A stretch of 42,640 bases of DNA from an uncultured Thermus sp. GTDB lineage: Bacteria > Deinococcota > Deinococci > Deinococcales > Thermaceae. The position numbers and the translations under genes are program-made. Shown one piece after another: positions 29,494 to 42,320 of this stretch (the stretch's first letter is position 1; each line of letters starts with the position of its first letter). The notes beneath the pieces were generated by a model. It was not told where the DNA came from. It did no database searches and saw nothing but the letters and a program-made list of their open reading frames with translations. The stretch is from NCBI GenBank assembly GCA_947085095.1, contig CAMTVD010000024.1:1-42640 (forward strand), read 5' to 3'.

Positions 29494-29802
29494 ATGGCCC
29501 TCTCCAAGAACGCCCGCAAGGTGCTGAAGGTTCTGGCCCGTCGCGGGGCTCCGGAGGTGCTCTTCGCCTTAGGCCGGGGGCCTTCGCGCTTTTCTGACCT
29601 CCAGGCCTATCTGCTTCTTTCACCCCGCACCCTTGCGGAGCGGCTTCGGGAGTTGCACCTCCTGGGCTTCGTGGAGCGGCAGGCGTACTCCGAGGTGCCA
29701 CCGCGGGTAGAATACACCCTGACCCTGCGGGGTAAGCGGGTCTTAGAGTTTTTGTGGGAATTGGAGAACGTATTGGAAACTTCTCAGGAGGTAAAGCGGT
29801 GA
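29494..29802 (+). CDS. HxlR-family winged-helix regulator
   Basis: RFSDL, SPRTLAERLREL, PPRVEYTLT.RG. Confidence 0.88.
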   Translation: MALSKNARKVLKVLARRGAPEVLFALGRGPSRFSDLQAYLLLSPRTLAERLRELHLLGFVERQAYSEVPPRVEYTLTLRGKRVLEFLWELENVLETSQEVKR

Positions 29803-30602
29803 AAGCCAGGGCCATCGTGGTGACATCGGGCAAGGGCGGGGTGGGGAAGACCACCACTACCGCAAACCTGGGGGCGGGCTTGGCCAAGCTCGGGGAGAAG
29901 GTGGCGGTCATTGACGTGGACGTGGGCCTCAGGAACCTGGACGTGGTCATGGGCCTCGAGGGCCGGGTGGTCTTTGACCTCATTGACGTCCTGGAGGGCC
30001 GGGCCAAGCCCAGGCAGGCCCTCATCCGCGACAAGCGGGTGGAGAACCTCTACCTCCTCCCCGCCTCCCAGACCAGGGACAAGGAGGCCCTGGACCCGGC
30101 CCGTTTCCAGGAGCTGGTGCGCCACCTTCTTCTGGAGGAGGGGTTTGACCGGGTCCTCATAGACTCCCCCGCCGGGATAGAGAAGGGCTTCCAGACGGCG
30201 GCGGCACCCGCAGAGGGGGCCTTGGTGGTGGTGAACCCCGAGGTTTCTAGCGTTCGGGATGCCGACCGCATCATTGGCCTCCTCGAGGCCCGGGAGATCC
30301 GGGAGAACCTCCTCATCATCAACCGCCTGCGGCCCAGGATGGTCTCCCGAGGGGACATGCTCTCCGTGGAGGACGTGGTGGAGATCCTGGGCCTGAGGCC
30401 CATCGGCATCATCCCCGAGGACGAGCAGGTCCTCGTCGCCACCAACCAGGGGGAGGTCCTGGTCCTCAAGGGGGGTAGCCCCGCCGCCTTGGCCTACATG
30501 GACACCGCCCGCCGCCTGCGGGGGGAGGAGGTGCCCTTCAGGAACCTGGAAGAGGCCCCAGGCCTTCTGGGGGCGTTGCGCAAGCTCTTTGGGGGGCGCT
30601 GA
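29799..30602 (+). CDS. minD: Septum site-determining ATPase MinD
   Basis: SGKGGVGKTT, GLRNLD, DSPAGIE, C-terminal amphipathic helix; GTG start overlapping the hxlR stop. Confidence 0.95.
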   Translation: MKARAIVVTSGKGGVGKTTTTANLGAGLAKLGEKVAVIDVDVGLRNLDVVMGLEGRVVFDLIDVLEGRAKPRQALIRDKRVENLYLLPASQTRDKEALDPARFQELVRHLLLEEGFDRVLIDSPAGIEKGFQTAAAPAEGALVVVNPEVSSVRDADRIIGLLEAREIRENLLIINRLRPRMVSRGDMLSVEDVVEILGLRPIGIIPEDEQVLVATNQGEVLVLKGGSPAALAYMDTARRLRGEEVPFRNLEEAPGLLGALRKLFGGR

Positions 30603-30823
30603 TGTGGTGGCGTAGAAGGAGCAAGGAGAAGGCGAAGGAGCGCCTGAAGCTGGTCCTGGCCTACGACCGGGCTAGGCTTTCCCCCGGGCTGGTGGAGAAC
30701 CTGAAGCGGGACCTCCTCGAGGTCCTCCGCCGCTACTTCCCCGCTCAGGAGGAAGGCCTCTCCGTGGCCTTGGAGGAGCGGGGGGAGAAGATGGTCCTCA
30801 TCGCCGACATCCCCCTGAGGTAG
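30602..30823 (+). CDS. minE: Cell division topological specificity factor MinE
   Basis: AKERLKLVLAYDR, LLEVLRRY. Confidence 0.93.
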   Translation: MWWRRRSKEKAKERLKLVLAYDRARLSPGLVENLKRDLLEVLRRYFPAQEEGLSVALEERGEKMVLIADIPLR

Positions 30824-30826
30824 GCC

Positions 30827-31906
30827 TTGTTCCTGAGGCGGCCCAACCTCCTGGCCTACGACTGGGGCCTCGTTGCCCTCACCCTGGCCATCCTGGTCCT
30901 GGGGCTTTTCAACCTAAAAAGCGCCGCCCCGGAGCCCGGTCTCCTTCCAAGGCAGGTTCTGGCCCTGGTCCTGGGCTTGGGCCTGGCCGTGGGTGTCCAG
31001 TTCTTTTCCCGCCGCACGGTCCTGGCCCTGGTCTACCCCCTGTATGCCTTCTCCCTCCTGCTTCTGGTGGCGGTCCTCCTCTTCGGGCGGGAGATCAATG
31101 GGGCCAAGGCCTGGTTCGTCCTGGGCCCTTTGCAGTTCCAGCCTTTGGAGTTGGCCAAGCTGGGCCTGGTCCTGGCCTTGGCCCGCCTTCTGGAAAACCG
31201 CTCCATCCGGTGGGTGGGGGATTACCTCCTTCCCGGTCTCCTCATCCTGCCCGTGCTGGCCCTCCTCCTCCTCCAGCCCGATCTGGGGGGTACCCTGGTG
31301 GTCCTCTTCGGGGCCTTCACCGTCCTGTTCATCAGGGGGCTTCCTTGGAGGCACCTCCTCTTTGGAGCCCTGGTCCTGGCCCTCCTGGTTCCCACCGTGG
31401 TCTGGCCCAACCTCAAGCCCTACCAGCGGGAAAGGGTCCTCATCGTCCTGGACCCTTACCGCGACCCCTTGGGCCAGGGCTTCCAGGTGATCCAGTCCAC
31501 CATCGCCATCGGCTCGGGGGGGCTTTTGGGCAAGGGGTATGGCCAGGGCACCCAGACCCAGCTGGGCTTCGTCCCCTTCCGCCACACGGACTTTGTCTTC
31601 GCCGTCTGGGCGGAGGAGTGGGGGTTTGTGGGGGTGGTGGCCCTTCTCGGCCTTTACAGCCTCTTCCTCATCCGCCTCTTCTCCTTGGCCCTGGAGTGTC
31701 CCAGGCTTTCCGACCGCCTCTTCCTTGCCGGGGTGGGGGGGATGCTGGGCTTCCAGGTCCTGGTGAACCTGGGCGTGGCCCTGGGGGTGATGCCCGTTAC
31801 CGGCCTCACCCTGCCCCTCTTTTCCTACGGCGGCTCCAGCCTCATGGCCACCCTCCTCTCCTTGGGGCTCGTTCTCCTGGTTCATCGGGACCGGGCCGAG
31901 CCCTAG
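30827..31906 (+). CDS. rodA: SEDS peptidoglycan polymerase RodA/FtsW
   Basis: [31 protein letters not shown]. Confidence 0.88.
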   Translation: MFLRRPNLLAYDWGLVALTLAILVLGLFNLKSAAPEPGLLPRQVLALVLGLGLAVGVQFFSRRTVLALVYPLYAFSLLLLVAVLLFGREINGAKAWFVLGPLQFQPLELAKLGLVLALARLLENRSIRWVGDYLLPGLLILPVLALLLLQPDLGGTLVVLFGAFTVLFIRGLPWRHLLFGALVLALLVPTVVWPNLKPYQRERVLIVLDPYRDPLGQGFQVIQSTIAIGSGGLLGKGYGQGTQTQLGFVPFRHTDFVFAVWAEEWGFVGVVALLGLYSLFLIRLFSLALECPRLSDRLFLAGVGGMLGFQVLVNLGVALGVMPVTGLTLPLFSYGGSSLMATLLSLGLVLLVHRDRAEP

Positions 31907-31946
31907 GGGATTTGCCGGGAGGGGCGGGGTTGCTAAACTGGGCCCC

Positions 31947-33014
31947 GTGGCCGGGGATATACTGGTGCGCCTTCAGGGGGTGCGCAAGCGGTACGGTGGG
32001 GTGGAGGCCTTGGGCGGGGTGGACCTGGAAATCCGAAGGGGGGAGTTCTTCAGCCTCCTGGGGCCCTCGGGGTGCGGGAAGACCACCCTCCTCCGGCTCC
32101 TGGCTGGCTTTGAGACCCCGGATGCGGGGCATATCCAGATCGGGGGAAAGGACATGTCCGGGGTCCCCCCCTATGAGCGCCCCGTGAACACGGTCTTTCA
32201 GAACTACGCCCTTTTTCCCCACATGACCGTGGCGGGGAACATCGGCTTTGGCCTGCGGATGAAGGGGCTTCCCCGGGAGGAGATCCGCAAGAGGGTGGCC
32301 TGGGCTTTGGAGCTGGTGGACCTGGTGGGCCTCGAGGACCGCTACCCCCGGGAGCTTTCCGGGGGGCAGAAGCAGCGGGTGGCCCTGGCCCGGGCCCTGG
32401 TCCTGGAGCCCGAGGTCCTTCTCCTGGACGAGCCCCTTTCCGCTTTGGACCTGAAGCTCCGCCAGGAGCTCAGGGTGGAGCTCATGCAGCTCCAGAGGCG
32501 GCTCGGCACCACCTTTATCTTCGTCACCCACGACCAGGAGGAGGCCTTGGTCATGTCGGACCGCATCGCGGTGATGCGCGCAGGGCGCATTGAGCAGGTG
32601 GGCCTTCCCGACGAGGTCTACGAGAGGCCCAGAAACCGCTTCGTGGCCGACTTCCTGGGCCGCTCCAACTTCCTCCCCGCCAGGCCCCACCCCCTGGGGG
32701 CGGAAACCCCCTTGGGCCCTTTGCGCCTCAGGGCTCCCCTGGAGCGGGAGGGGCTTTTGGTCATCCGCCCGGAGAAGATCCGCCTCTACCCGGCAAGCGG
32801 GGCCTTGGGCCGGGAGAACCTGGTGCGGGCCCGGGTGGAGGAGATCGTCTACACGGGAGCGGAGAACCAGTACTACCTGCGGGCCGGGGAGGTGCGCCTT
32901 CTGGCCTACACCCTGAACCAGGACCTGCAGGAGCCCGGTTCCGAGGAGTTTGCGTACGGGGAGGAGGTTCTCTGCTACCTGCCCCCGGAAAACCTGGTGG
33001 TGCTCCATGAATGA
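31947..33014 (+). CDS. potA: Polyamine ABC transporter ATPase
   Basis: [23 protein letters not shown] tail. Confidence 0.9.
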   Translation: MAGDILVRLQGVRKRYGGVEALGGVDLEIRRGEFFSLLGPSGCGKTTLLRLLAGFETPDAGHIQIGGKDMSGVPPYERPVNTVFQNYALFPHMTVAGNIGFGLRMKGLPREEIRKRVAWALELVDLVGLEDRYPRELSGGQKQRVALARALVLEPEVLLLDEPLSALDLKLRQELRVELMQLQRRLGTTFIFVTHDQEEALVMSDRIAVMRAGRIEQVGLPDEVYERPRNRFVADFLGRSNFLPARPHPLGAETPLGPLRLRAPLEREGLLVIRPEKIRLYPASGALGRENLVRARVEEIVYTGAENQYYLRAGEVRLLAYTLNQDLQEPGSEEFAYGEEVLCYLPPENLVVLHE

Positions 33015-33867
33015 GGCGGCTACCCCTTTCCAGCGCTTTTTCCGCGTCCTGGTGACGGTGGGACCGGGGGGGCTTTGGCTTTTCCTCTTCGTCCTCCTCC
33101 CCAGCCTGCTCGTCCTCCTGGCCTCCTTCATGACCCGGGGGCCCTATGGGGAGCTCACGGGGCCCTTGGGCCTCCACAACTACCTGAGGCTCCTGGAGTC
33201 CCCCTACCTCCAGGCCTTCGCCCAGAGCCTCTGGGTGGGCGTGTGGGCCACCCTGATCTCCGTCCTGCTGGGCTACCCCCTGGCCTTTTACATCGCCCGC
33301 CACCCCAGGCGGGACCTTCTGCTTCTTCTGCTCCTCATCCCCTTCTTCACCAACTTCCTCATCCGCATCTACGCCTGGCTGGTGCTCTTGCAGAAGGAGG
33401 GGGTGGTGAACGCCTTTCTGCAAGCCTTTGGCCTGGGCCCCTTTGCCCTTTACCCCTCCTTCGCCGCCGTGCTCCTGGCCACGGTCTACACCTTTCTCCC
33501 CTTCTTCGTCCTTCCCGTCTACGCCAGCGTGGAGCGCACGGACTGGCAGCTCCTCGAGGCCGCTTACGACCTGGGGGCGAGGCCCTTCAAGGCCTTTTTC
33601 CACGCCATCCTTCCCCAGACCTACCCCGGCCTCTTCGCCGGGAGCGCCCTGGTCTTCATTCCCGCCATGGGCACCTTCGTGGTGGCGGACCTCCTGGGGG
33701 CGGGGAGGGTGGTCCTGATCGGAAACCTGATCCAGCAGCAGTTCGGGATTTCCCGGGACTGGGCCTTTGGAGGAGCCCTGAGCATCTTCCTCATGGGCTT
33801 CGTCCTCCTGGCCCTTTACCTCTACGCCCGGGCTCAGGGGGAAAGGGGGTTCAGGGAACTGGTATGA
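33007..33867 (+). CDS. potB: Polyamine ABC transporter permease
   Basis: [13 protein letters not shown] loop; ATG 33007. Confidence 0.88.
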   Translation: MNEAATPFQRFFRVLVTVGPGGLWLFLFVLLPSLLVLLASFMTRGPYGELTGPLGLHNYLRLLESPYLQAFAQSLWVGVWATLISVLLGYPLAFYIARHPRRDLLLLLLLIPFFTNFLIRIYAWLVLLQKEGVVNAFLQAFGLGPFALYPSFAAVLLATVYTFLPFFVLPVYASVERTDWQLLEAAYDLGARPFKAFFHAILPQTYPGLFAGSALVFIPAMGTFVVADLLGAGRVVLIGNLIQQQFGISRDWAFGGALSIFLMGFVLLALYLYARAQGERGFRELV

Positions 33868-34643
33868 AAAGGCTTCTCTCCCTCCACGCCCTCCTCGTCT
33901 ACCTGTTCCTCTACCTCCCCATCCTGGTCATCGTGGCCCTCTCCTTCAACGAGGGCCGCCGGGGAGTGCGCTTCACCGGCTTCACCCTGGACTGGTACCG
34001 CTCCCTCTTCCAGGACCCCAGGGTCCTGGAGTACTTCCTCAACACCCTGATTGTGGCCTTCACCTCCACCCTGGTGGCCACCGTCTTGGGCACGCTCCTC
34101 GCTCTAGGCCTGGTGCGCTACCGCTTTCCCGGCAAAGGGTTTCTGCGCTACCTCCTCTACATCCCGGTGGTGGTCCCCGACGTGGTCCTGGGGGTCTCCC
34201 TTCTCCTCCTCTTCGCCTTCGCCCGGGAGCTTCTGGGCTTCCCCCGGCTCTCCCTCCTCACGGTGATCCTGGGGCACATCACCTTCCAGGTGGCCTTCGT
34301 GACCCTGGTGGTGCGCTCCCGGCTCCTCCTCCTGGACCCTGGCCTCGAGGAGGCCGCCCGGGACCTGGGGGCCAGGGGCCTGCAGACCTTCCTCCACGTG
34401 ACCCTGCCCCTGGCCTGGCCAGGGGTGGCCGCCGGCGCCCTCCTCGCCCTCACCCTCTCCCTGGACGACTTCGTGGTCACCTTCTTCACCGCCGGCCCCG
34501 GGGCCACCACCCTGCCCCTTTACATCTACTCCAGCGTGAAGCTGGGCATAAGCCCCAAGGTCCACGCCCTCTCCACCCTGATCGTGGGCCTCTCCGCCTT
34601 CTTTTTGGCCCTGGGGTATGCTCTTAGCCGGAGGCGCATATGA
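33864..34643 (+). CDS. potC: Polyamine ABC transporter permease
   Basis: FLYLPI, LEEAARDLGA, SLDDF; ATG 33864. Confidence 0.88.
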   Translation: MKRLLSLHALLVYLFLYLPILVIVALSFNEGRRGVRFTGFTLDWYRSLFQDPRVLEYFLNTLIVAFTSTLVATVLGTLLALGLVRYRFPGKGFLRYLLYIPVVVPDVVLGVSLLLLFAFARELLGFPRLSLLTVILGHITFQVAFVTLVVRSRLLLLDPGLEEAARDLGARGLQTFLHVTLPLAWPGVAAGALLALTLSLDDFVVTFFTAGPGATTLPLYIYSSVKLGISPKVHALSTLIVGLSAFFLALGYALSRRRI

Positions 34644-35677
34644 TCTCAAGGTTTTCCCTTCTCCTTTTGGCCCTCCTCCTCACCGCCTGCCCCAAGCGGG
34701 CGGAGGTAGAGACCCTCTACTTCCTCAACTGGGCCGACTACATCCCCGAGGAGCTGGTCAGGAAGTTTGAGCGGGAGACCGGGGCCAAGGTGGTCCTGGA
34801 TACCTTTGAGTCCCCCGAGGCCATGCTGGCCAAGCTCAAGGCGGGGGCGGACCGGGAGTTCTCCCTGGTGGTGGCCCCCGACTACTACGTTCTGCAGATG
34901 GCCCGGGAAGGCCTGGTCGCCCCCCTGGACAAAGGCAGGCTGGCGGGCTTGGCCAACCTGGACCCCTTCTTCCAGGACCCCCCCTACGACCCCGGCCTCC
35001 AGTACTCCGTGCCCTACCTCTGGGGCACCACCGGCCTGGCCTACCGGGAGGACTTGGTGAAGGGCCCGGTGGACTCCTATGGGGTCTTCTTTGATCCTGC
35101 ACGCCAGGTGGGGCCCTTCCTCCTCCTGGACGAGATGCGGGAGACCATCGGGGCCGCCCTCAGGTACCTGGGCTACTCGGTGAACACCACCGACCCAGAG
35201 GCCCTGGAGAAGGCCAAGGAGCTCCTCATCGCCGCCAAGGCCCGCTCCGTGGGCTTCGCCGGGGGGGTGGAGGCCTTGAACCGCATCCTGGGTGGGGACG
35301 CCGCGGTCTCCCTGGCCTACTCCGGGGACGTCCTCCAGGCCCAGCAGGAGGACGAGCGCCTGCGCTACGCCCTCCCCAAGGAGGGCAGCACCCTCTGGAC
35401 GGACGCCATGGTGGTCTTGAAGCGGGGCCCCGCCCAGGACCTGGCCTACCGCTTCATGGACTTCCTCCTGAGGCCGGAGAACGCCGCGGAGCTCGCCGCC
35501 TACACCCGCTACGCCACCCCCGTGGCCCAGGCCGTCCCTCTCCTTCCCCAGGAGATGCGCCAGGACCCCACCGTCTTCCCCCCGGAGGAGGTGCGGGCCA
35601 AGCTGGAGTACCTAAAGGACCTGGGGCCGGACATCGCCCTCTACGACCGGGTCTGGACCGAGGTCAAGGCCCGCTAA
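34640..35677 (+). CDS. potD: Polyamine ABC transporter substrate-binding lipoprotein
   Basis: Lipobox LTAC, NWADYI, PYLWGTTG, PKEG. Confidence 0.88.
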   Translation: MISRFSLLLLALLLTACPKRAEVETLYFLNWADYIPEELVRKFERETGAKVVLDTFESPEAMLAKLKAGADREFSLVVAPDYYVLQMAREGLVAPLDKGRLAGLANLDPFFQDPPYDPGLQYSVPYLWGTTGLAYREDLVKGPVDSYGVFFDPARQVGPFLLLDEMRETIGAALRYLGYSVNTTDPEALEKAKELLIAAKARSVGFAGGVEALNRILGGDAAVSLAYSGDVLQAQQEDERLRYALPKEGSTLWTDAMVVLKRGPAQDLAYRFMDFLLRPENAAELAAYTRYATPVAQAVPLLPQEMRQDPTVFPPEEVRAKLEYLKDLGPDIALYDRVWTEVKAR

Positions 35678-35712
35678 AGGTAAGGCGGGGGGCTTAGGCC
35701 TATACTGGTCCC

Positions 35713-36093
35713 GTGAAGCGCCTCCTCCCCTTCCTCCTCCTCCTAGGGTTTCCCGCCTTGGCCCAAGGGGCGGAGGGGCTGTGGGCCAGGTATTGCGCCC
35801 AGTGCCACGGGGAGAAGGCCCAAGGGGTGCGGCCCTACCCGGGCCTTTCCGGGGTGGCCCCCCTCTTCGCCAGCCCGGAGGGACGAAGGTACCTGGTCCT
35901 GGTGGTCCTTTACGGCAAAAAGGGGGAGGTGGGCCTCATGCCCGGCTTCGCCCAGCTCAAGGACGAGGAGCTCGCCCTGCTCCTGAACCACCTGCTGGCC
36001 CTGCTGAAGGCCAAGGGGGAGCCCTTCAGACCCGAGGAGATCAAGAAAGAGCGGGGCCAGAACCTGGCCCCGGACCGGATCAAAAGGCCCTAG
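35713..36093 (+). CDS. Periplasmic class I cytochrome c
   Basis: Signal peptide, CAQCH, MPGF axial Met; TATACT -10 box 6 nt upstream. Confidence 0.9.
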   Translation: MKRLLPFLLLLGFPALAQGAEGLWARYCAQCHGEKAQGVRPYPGLSGVAPLFASPEGRRYLVLVVLYGKKGEVGLMPGFAQLKDEELALLLNHLLALLKAKGEPFRPEEIKKERGQNLAPDRIKRP

Positions 36094-37757
36094 GCCGGGT
36101 CGGCCAGCGCCGCCCCCTCGTCCGCTTGCCCCACCAGGGCGGTGTAGCGGGCGAAGAGGCCCTTGGCGAAGGCGGGGGGCTTGGGCTTCCAGGTGGCCTG
36201 GCGCCGCTTTAGCTCCTCCTCGGGCAAAAGCACCTCCAGGAGGCGGTTTTCCACGTCAATGCGCACCCGGTCCCCCTCCTTTAAGAGGGCGATGGGCCCG
36301 CCCACATAGGCCTCGGGGGCGATGTGGCCCACCATGAGGCCCCTTGTGCCCCCGGAGAAGCGTCCGTCGGTGAGGAGGGCCACCTCGGGGCCCAGGCCCT
36401 CGCCCACGAGGGCGCTGGTCACGGAGAGCATCTCCGGCATGCCGGGAGCCCCCTTGGGACCCACGTAGCGGATGACCACCACGTCCCCGGGGCGGATCTC
36501 CTTGGCCAGCACCCTGGCCATGGCCTCCTCTTCCGTGTCAAAGACCCGGGCCGGGCCTTCAAAATAGGTGCGTTCCGTCCCCGCCAGCTTCAGGACCGCC
36601 CCCCTCGGGGCCAGGTTGCCCCAAAGGACCACGATCCCTCCCTGGGGCTTCAGGGCCCGTTCCACGGGGAAGACGACCTCCTGCCCTTCGGCCTCCCTGA
36701 AGGCCCTTTCCACCTCCTCCGCCAGGGTGCGCCCGGTAAGGGTCTTTTCCTCGCCATAGAGGAGGCCCGCCTCCAGAAGCCTCTTGTAGACCAAAGCCGT
36801 TCCCCCCGCCTCGTAGAGCTCCCAGGCGGTGTAGGTGCCCCAGGGCCTGAGGTCGGCGATGACCGGGGTCTTGCGGGAGACCTGGTCAAAGTCGTCTAGG
36901 CTCAGCTCCACCCCCGCCTCCTTGGCCATGGCCAGGAGGTGGAGGACGGCGTTGGTGCTCCCCCCGGTGGCGGTCAAGGCGGCGATGGCGTTTAAGAAGC
37001 TCCTGCGGGTGAGGAAGTCCTGGGGCTTCCAGCCGTGCTCTATGGCCCAGGCCAGGATCCGGCCCGCCTCCCGGGTGGCCTTGGGCTTTTCGGGGTGGAC
37101 GGCGGGGATGGCGTTGTAGCCCATGGGGGAGAGGCCCAGGACCTCGAGGACCATGGCCATGGTGTTGGCCGTGTACTGCCCCCCGCAGGCCCCGGGGCCG
37201 GGGATGGCCCGCCTCTCAATCTCCAAAAGCTCCTCCTCGCTGATCTTCCCCGCCGCCCGCTGGCCCACCGCCTCAAAGACCTCCACGATGGTGAGCTTAC
37301 GGTTGCCGTAGATCCCAGGGGCGATGGTGCCCCCGTAGAGGACCATGCCCGGGACCCCGCTCCGGATGACCCCCATGGCCCCCCCGGGGATGGTCTTGTC
37401 GCAGGCGGAGAGGACCGCCATCCCGTCGTAGAGGTAGCCCTGGGCGATGAGCTCAATGCTATCGGCGATGACCTCGCGGCTTACGAGGCTCGCCCGCATC
37501 CCCGGGGTGCCCATGCTGATGCCGTCGGAGATGGCGGGGGCCCCGAACTCAAAGGGGAAGACCCCGGCCTCCCTGAGCCCCGCCTTCAGGTCCAGGGCCA
37601 GCTCCCTCAGGTGGTAGTTGCAGGGCATCCCGTCGGTGAAGGTGTTCACCACCCCCACGAAGGGCCTAGCGAAGTCCTCGTCCCCCACGCCCACCGCCCG
37701 GAGCATGGCCCGGGCCGGGGCCTGCTGCAAACCCTTCTTGATGCGATCTGACCTCAT
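36090..37757 (-). CDS. ilvD: Dihydroxy-acid dehydratase
   Basis: [33 protein letters not shown]. Confidence 0.96.
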   Translation of the reverse strand: MRSDRIKKGLQQAPARAMLRAVGVGDEDFARPFVGVVNTFTDGMPCNYHLRELALDLKAGLREAGVFPFEFGAPAISDGISMGTPGMRASLVSREVIADSIELIAQGYLYDGMAVLSACDKTIPGGAMGVIRSGVPGMVLYGGTIAPGIYGNRKLTIVEVFEAVGQRAAGKISEEELLEIERRAIPGPGACGGQYTANTMAMVLEVLGLSPMGYNAIPAVHPEKPKATREAGRILAWAIEHGWKPQDFLTRRSFLNAIAALTATGGSTNAVLHLLAMAKEAGVELSLDDFDQVSRKTPVIADLRPWGTYTAWELYEAGGTALVYKRLLEAGLLYGEEKTLTGRTLAEEVERAFREAEGQEVVFPVERALKPQGGIVVLWGNLAPRGAVLKLAGTERTYFEGPARVFDTEEEAMARVLAKEIRPGDVVVIRYVGPKGAPGMPEMLSVTSALVGEGLGPEVALLTDGRFSGGTRGLMVGHIAPEAYVGGPIALLKEGDRVRIDVENRLLEVLLPEEELKRRQATWKPKPPAFAKGLFARYTALVGQADEGAALADPA

Positions 37758-38488
37758 GCGTCCCTCCAGTGAGCGATTTTGCCGTGAAAGGCCCTGGCCC
37801 GGGGGAGAAGCCGGACCAGGGCCCTGGCGGCCTCCTCTGGGGTGAGGAGGCGGCCTTCTTCCCGGTATCCCCGGAAGACCCGGTGGAGGACGGGGGCCCC
37901 GCCCCCTTGGGCCTCCCGGGCCGCCCTTTGCATCTCCGTCTCCACCACCCCGGGGCGGAAGACGAAGCAGATGACCTCCGGGGCCTCGGCGGCGAGCTGC
38001 TTCGCCAGGTGCTCCTCCGCCGCCTTGGCCACGGCGTAGGCCCCGATGCCGGGGAGGTTGCTCTCCGCCGCCCCCGAGCCCAGGTATACGGCCAGCCCGC
38101 CGCCCTGGCGGAGGAGGTGGGGGTAGGCGAAGCGGGCCAGCTGGTAGCCAGCGATCAGGTTGGCCTCGAGGACCTCCATAAATAGGCTCTCCGCCAGCTC
38201 AAAGAGGAGGGGCCCGGGGTGGAGGACCCCGGCGTTGTGGATGAAACCATGGAAGTTGCCCAAGGCCAGGGCCTTCTCCACCAGGGCCTCGGCCACCTCA
38301 GCCTTCCCGGCGCTCCCCAGGACCATCTCCGCCCTGGCCCCCAGGGAGCGCACCTCCTCCAGCGCCGCCAGGAGGGGGGCTTCCTTTCTGGCGTTCAGCA
38401 CTAGGTCATATCCTGCCCTGGCCAGCTCCAGGGCCAGGGCCTTCCCGATGCCCCGGCTCGCTCCCGTGAGGATCAGGGTTTTTCTCAT
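37754..38488 (-). CDS. Short-chain dehydrogenase/reductase
   Basis: [17 protein letters not shown]. Confidence 0.9.
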   Translation of the reverse strand: MRKTLILTGASRGIGKALALELARAGYDLVLNARKEAPLLAALEEVRSLGARAEMVLGSAGKAEVAEALVEKALALGNFHGFIHNAGVLHPGPLLFELAESLFMEVLEANLIAGYQLARFAYPHLLRQGGGLAVYLGSGAAESNLPGIGAYAVAKAAEEHLAKQLAAEAPEVICFVFRPGVVETEMQRAAREAQGGGAPVLHRVFRGYREEGRLLTPEEAARALVRLLPRARAFHGKIAHWRDA

Positions 38489-39021
38489 AGAAGGACCTCC
38501 ACCGGCACCTCCACCCCCATGAACTCCAGGACCTCCCCCGGGCCCAGGGTCCGGACCTCCCCGTAGCCCTCCCCCTGGGGTTTGCGGTGGACCAGAACCC
38601 GCCCGCCCGGGAGGTCCACCACCCAGACCTGGGGCACGCCCGCCTGGGCGTAGAGGGGGAGCTTGGTGCCCAGGTCGTAGGGGAGGGTGGTGTCGGCCAC
38701 CTCCACCACCAAAAGGGCATCTGAGGCCTCGGGTAGCCGCTCCTCGTAGAAGTCGGGGCGGGGCTTCAAGAGGGCCAGATCGGGGTAGAGCTCGGATTCG
38801 CCCACCACCAGGGGGTTCTGGGGCGAGATAAGGGCTTTTCCGGACTGGAGCAAAGGCAGGAGGAGGGCTAGGAGCCGGTTGACCTTGGCCGCGTGCCGCT
38901 TCCCTATGGGGCTCATCTCTACCAGATCTCCTTCCACCAGCTCCAGCCTTAGGTCCTCGGGGAAGACCCCCGCCTCCACCATGCGGTGGAACTCCTCCAG
39001 GGAGATCTTGTGGCGGGTCAC
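38485..39021 (-). CDS. Uma2 (DUF820) PD-(D/E)xK family endonuclease
   Basis: ELVEG..MSP, PDLALL, LVVEVAD, KLPLYA..GVP.VWVVD. Confidence 0.9.
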   Translation of the reverse strand: MTRHKISLEEFHRMVEAGVFPEDLRLELVEGDLVEMSPIGKRHAAKVNRLLALLLPLLQSGKALISPQNPLVVGESELYPDLALLKPRPDFYEERLPEASDALLVVEVADTTLPYDLGTKLPLYAQAGVPQVWVVDLPGGRVLVHRKPQGEGYGEVRTLGPGEVLEFMGVEVPVEVLL

Positions 39022-39086
39022 GGCAGGACCTCCTTCACCGAAACCTTCAGGCCCAGGACCTCCACGCTAAAGCGGTGCCGGATCAT
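39018..39086 (-). pseudogene. Internally deleted Uma2 paralogue (22-aa in-frame remnant)
   Basis: MIRHRFSVE|VLGLKVSVKEVLP: a Uma2-like N-terminus joined to a Uma2-like C-terminus; TAAGAT -10 box 6 nt upstream; GTGA overlap with Uma2. Confidence 0.7.
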
Positions 39087-39095
39087 ACCCCCATC

Positions 39096-40735
<1,640 letters not shown>

Positions 40736-40738
40736 GGC

Positions 40739-42151
40739 TTACCTCCCGATGCCAAACACTTCCCGGGCGTCGGCGATCTCCCCGGCGATGGCGGCGGCGG
40801 CCACCATGAGGGGGCTCATGAGGACGGTGCGGCCCCTGGGGCTACCCATCCTGCCCTTGTAGTTGCGGTTGGAGCTACTGGCGGCGAGCTCGTCCCCCTC
40901 GAGGCGGTCCGGGTTCATGGCCAGGCACATGGAGCACCCCGGCATCCGCCACGCAAACCCCGCCTCCCGGAAGACCTCGGCGATGCCCTCCTCCTCCGCC
41001 TTTTTGGCCACCCACTCCGAGCCCGGCACCACCAGGGCCCGCACCCCTTTCTTCACCTTATGCCCCTTGAGGTGGCGGGCCACCTCCCGGAGGTCGGAGA
41101 GCCTGGCGTTGGTGCAGCTCCCGATGAAGGCCACCTGGACGGGCACCCCCTTGATGGGCTGGCCGGGCCTAAGGCCCATGTAGGCCAAGGCCTCCTCGGC
41201 CACGGCCCGCTCCTCCTCGGGAAGCTCCTCCAAAAGGGGAATCCTCCCATCTATGGGGATGGCCTGGCCGGGGGTGATGCCCCAGGTGACCGTGGGGGGA
41301 ATCTCCTCCGCCCGGAAGGTGACCACGTCGTCATAGTGGGCGTCGGGATCGGAGGCGAAGCTTTTCCAGCGCCGTTTGGCCTCCTCCCACTCCGCTCCCT
41401 TGGGGCTGTAGGGGCGGCCCTCGAGGTAGGCGAAGGTGGTCTCGTCGGGGTTCACGTAGCCGATGCGGGCCCCGCCTTCAATGGACATGTTGCAAAGGGT
41501 CATGCGGCTTTCCATGTCCATGGCCTCCACGGTGCTTCCCCCGTACTCGTAGGCGTAGCCCAACCCTCCCTTCACCCCCAGGTGGCGGATGATGTGGAGG
41601 ATCACGTCCTTGGCGTAGACTCCGGGGGAGAGCTTCCCTTCGATGTTGATGCGCCGCACCTTCAGCTTCTGGGCCGCCAGGGTCTGGGTGGCGAGGACGT
41701 CCCGCACCTGACTGGTGCCGATGCCAAAGGCCACGGCCCCGAAGGCCCCGTGGGTGGAGGTGTGGGAATCCCCGCAGGCGATGGTCATGCCGGGCTGGGT
41801 CAGGCCCAGCTGGGGGCCGATCACGTGCACGATGCCCTGGTTCCCGCTTCCCAGGTCGAAGAAGGTGATGCCGTGCTCCCGGGTGTTCTGCCGGAGGGCC
41901 TCCAGCATGCTTTGGGCCAAAGGATCCTGGAAGGGCTCGGTGCGGTCGTGGGTGGGGACGATGTGGTCCACGGTGGCGAAGGTGCGGTGGGGGTAGCGTA
42001 CCTTGAGGCCGAGGTCCCTCAGCATCCCGAAGGCCTGAGGGCTGGTGACCTCGTGCAGGAGGTGCAGGTCGATGAAAAGCTGGCTTTGCCCGCTTCGGAG
42101 CTTCCTGACCTCATGCGCCTCCCAGACTTTCTCGTAAAGCGTCTTTCCCAT
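40739..42151 (-). CDS. leuC: 3-isopropylmalate dehydratase large subunit
   Basis: [24 protein letters not shown]; start ATG 42151 with GGAGGG SD. Confidence 0.97.
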   Translation of the reverse strand: MGKTLYEKVWEAHEVRKLRSGQSQLFIDLHLLHEVTSPQAFGMLRDLGLKVRYPHRTFATVDHIVPTHDRTEPFQDPLAQSMLEALRQNTREHGITFFDLGSGNQGIVHVIGPQLGLTQPGMTIACGDSHTSTHGAFGAVAFGIGTSQVRDVLATQTLAAQKLKVRRINIEGKLSPGVYAKDVILHIIRHLGVKGGLGYAYEYGGSTVEAMDMESRMTLCNMSIEGGARIGYVNPDETTFAYLEGRPYSPKGAEWEEAKRRWKSFASDPDAHYDDVVTFRAEEIPPTVTWGITPGQAIPIDGRIPLLEELPEEERAVAEEALAYMGLRPGQPIKGVPVQVAFIGSCTNARLSDLREVARHLKGHKVKKGVRALVVPGSEWVAKKAEEEGIAEVFREAGFAWRMPGCSMCLAMNPDRLEGDELAASSSNRNYKGRMGSPRGRTVLMSPLMVAAAAIAGEIADAREVFGIGR

Positions 42152-42166
42152 GCTCCCTCCCCTTGC

Positions 42167-42196
42167 AAAAATCCCCCGGGTTTTGGGCCCGGGGGA
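42167..42196 (-). terminator. Intrinsic terminator of the leu attenuator
   Basis: Minus strand TCCCCCGGG-cccaaaa-CCCGGGGGA-TTTTT between the leader peptide and leuC. Confidence 0.85.
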
Positions 42197-42212
42197 AGGC
42201 AACAGGGCTTCC

Positions 42213-42260
42213 CTAAGCCGGGCCCGCCCGGCCTAGGTCTAGCAGGAAGCCCCGCCGCAT
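42213..42260 (-). CDS. leu operon leader peptide [15 protein letters not shown]
   Basis: Three Leu codons (CTG CTA GAC CTA), two of them rare CTA, between the promoter and the terminator. Confidence 0.75.
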   Translation of the reverse strand: MRRGFLLDLGRAGPA

Positions 42261-42268
42261 TGTCCTAT

Positions 42269-42297
42269 AGCCTACGCTTCCTTTGCCTTAGGGTCAA
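42269..42297 (-). promoter_or_regulatory. leuCDB promoter
   Basis: TTGACC-17-TAGGCT, 8 nt before the leader ATG. Confidence 0.75.
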
Positions 42298-42320
42298 GGG
42301 CTATGCTAGCCTGAAGGCAG

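Noticed and set aside
33075..33863. Apparent 522-aa PotC
   Set aside because: The upstream part overlaps potB in another frame; the real start is ATG 33864
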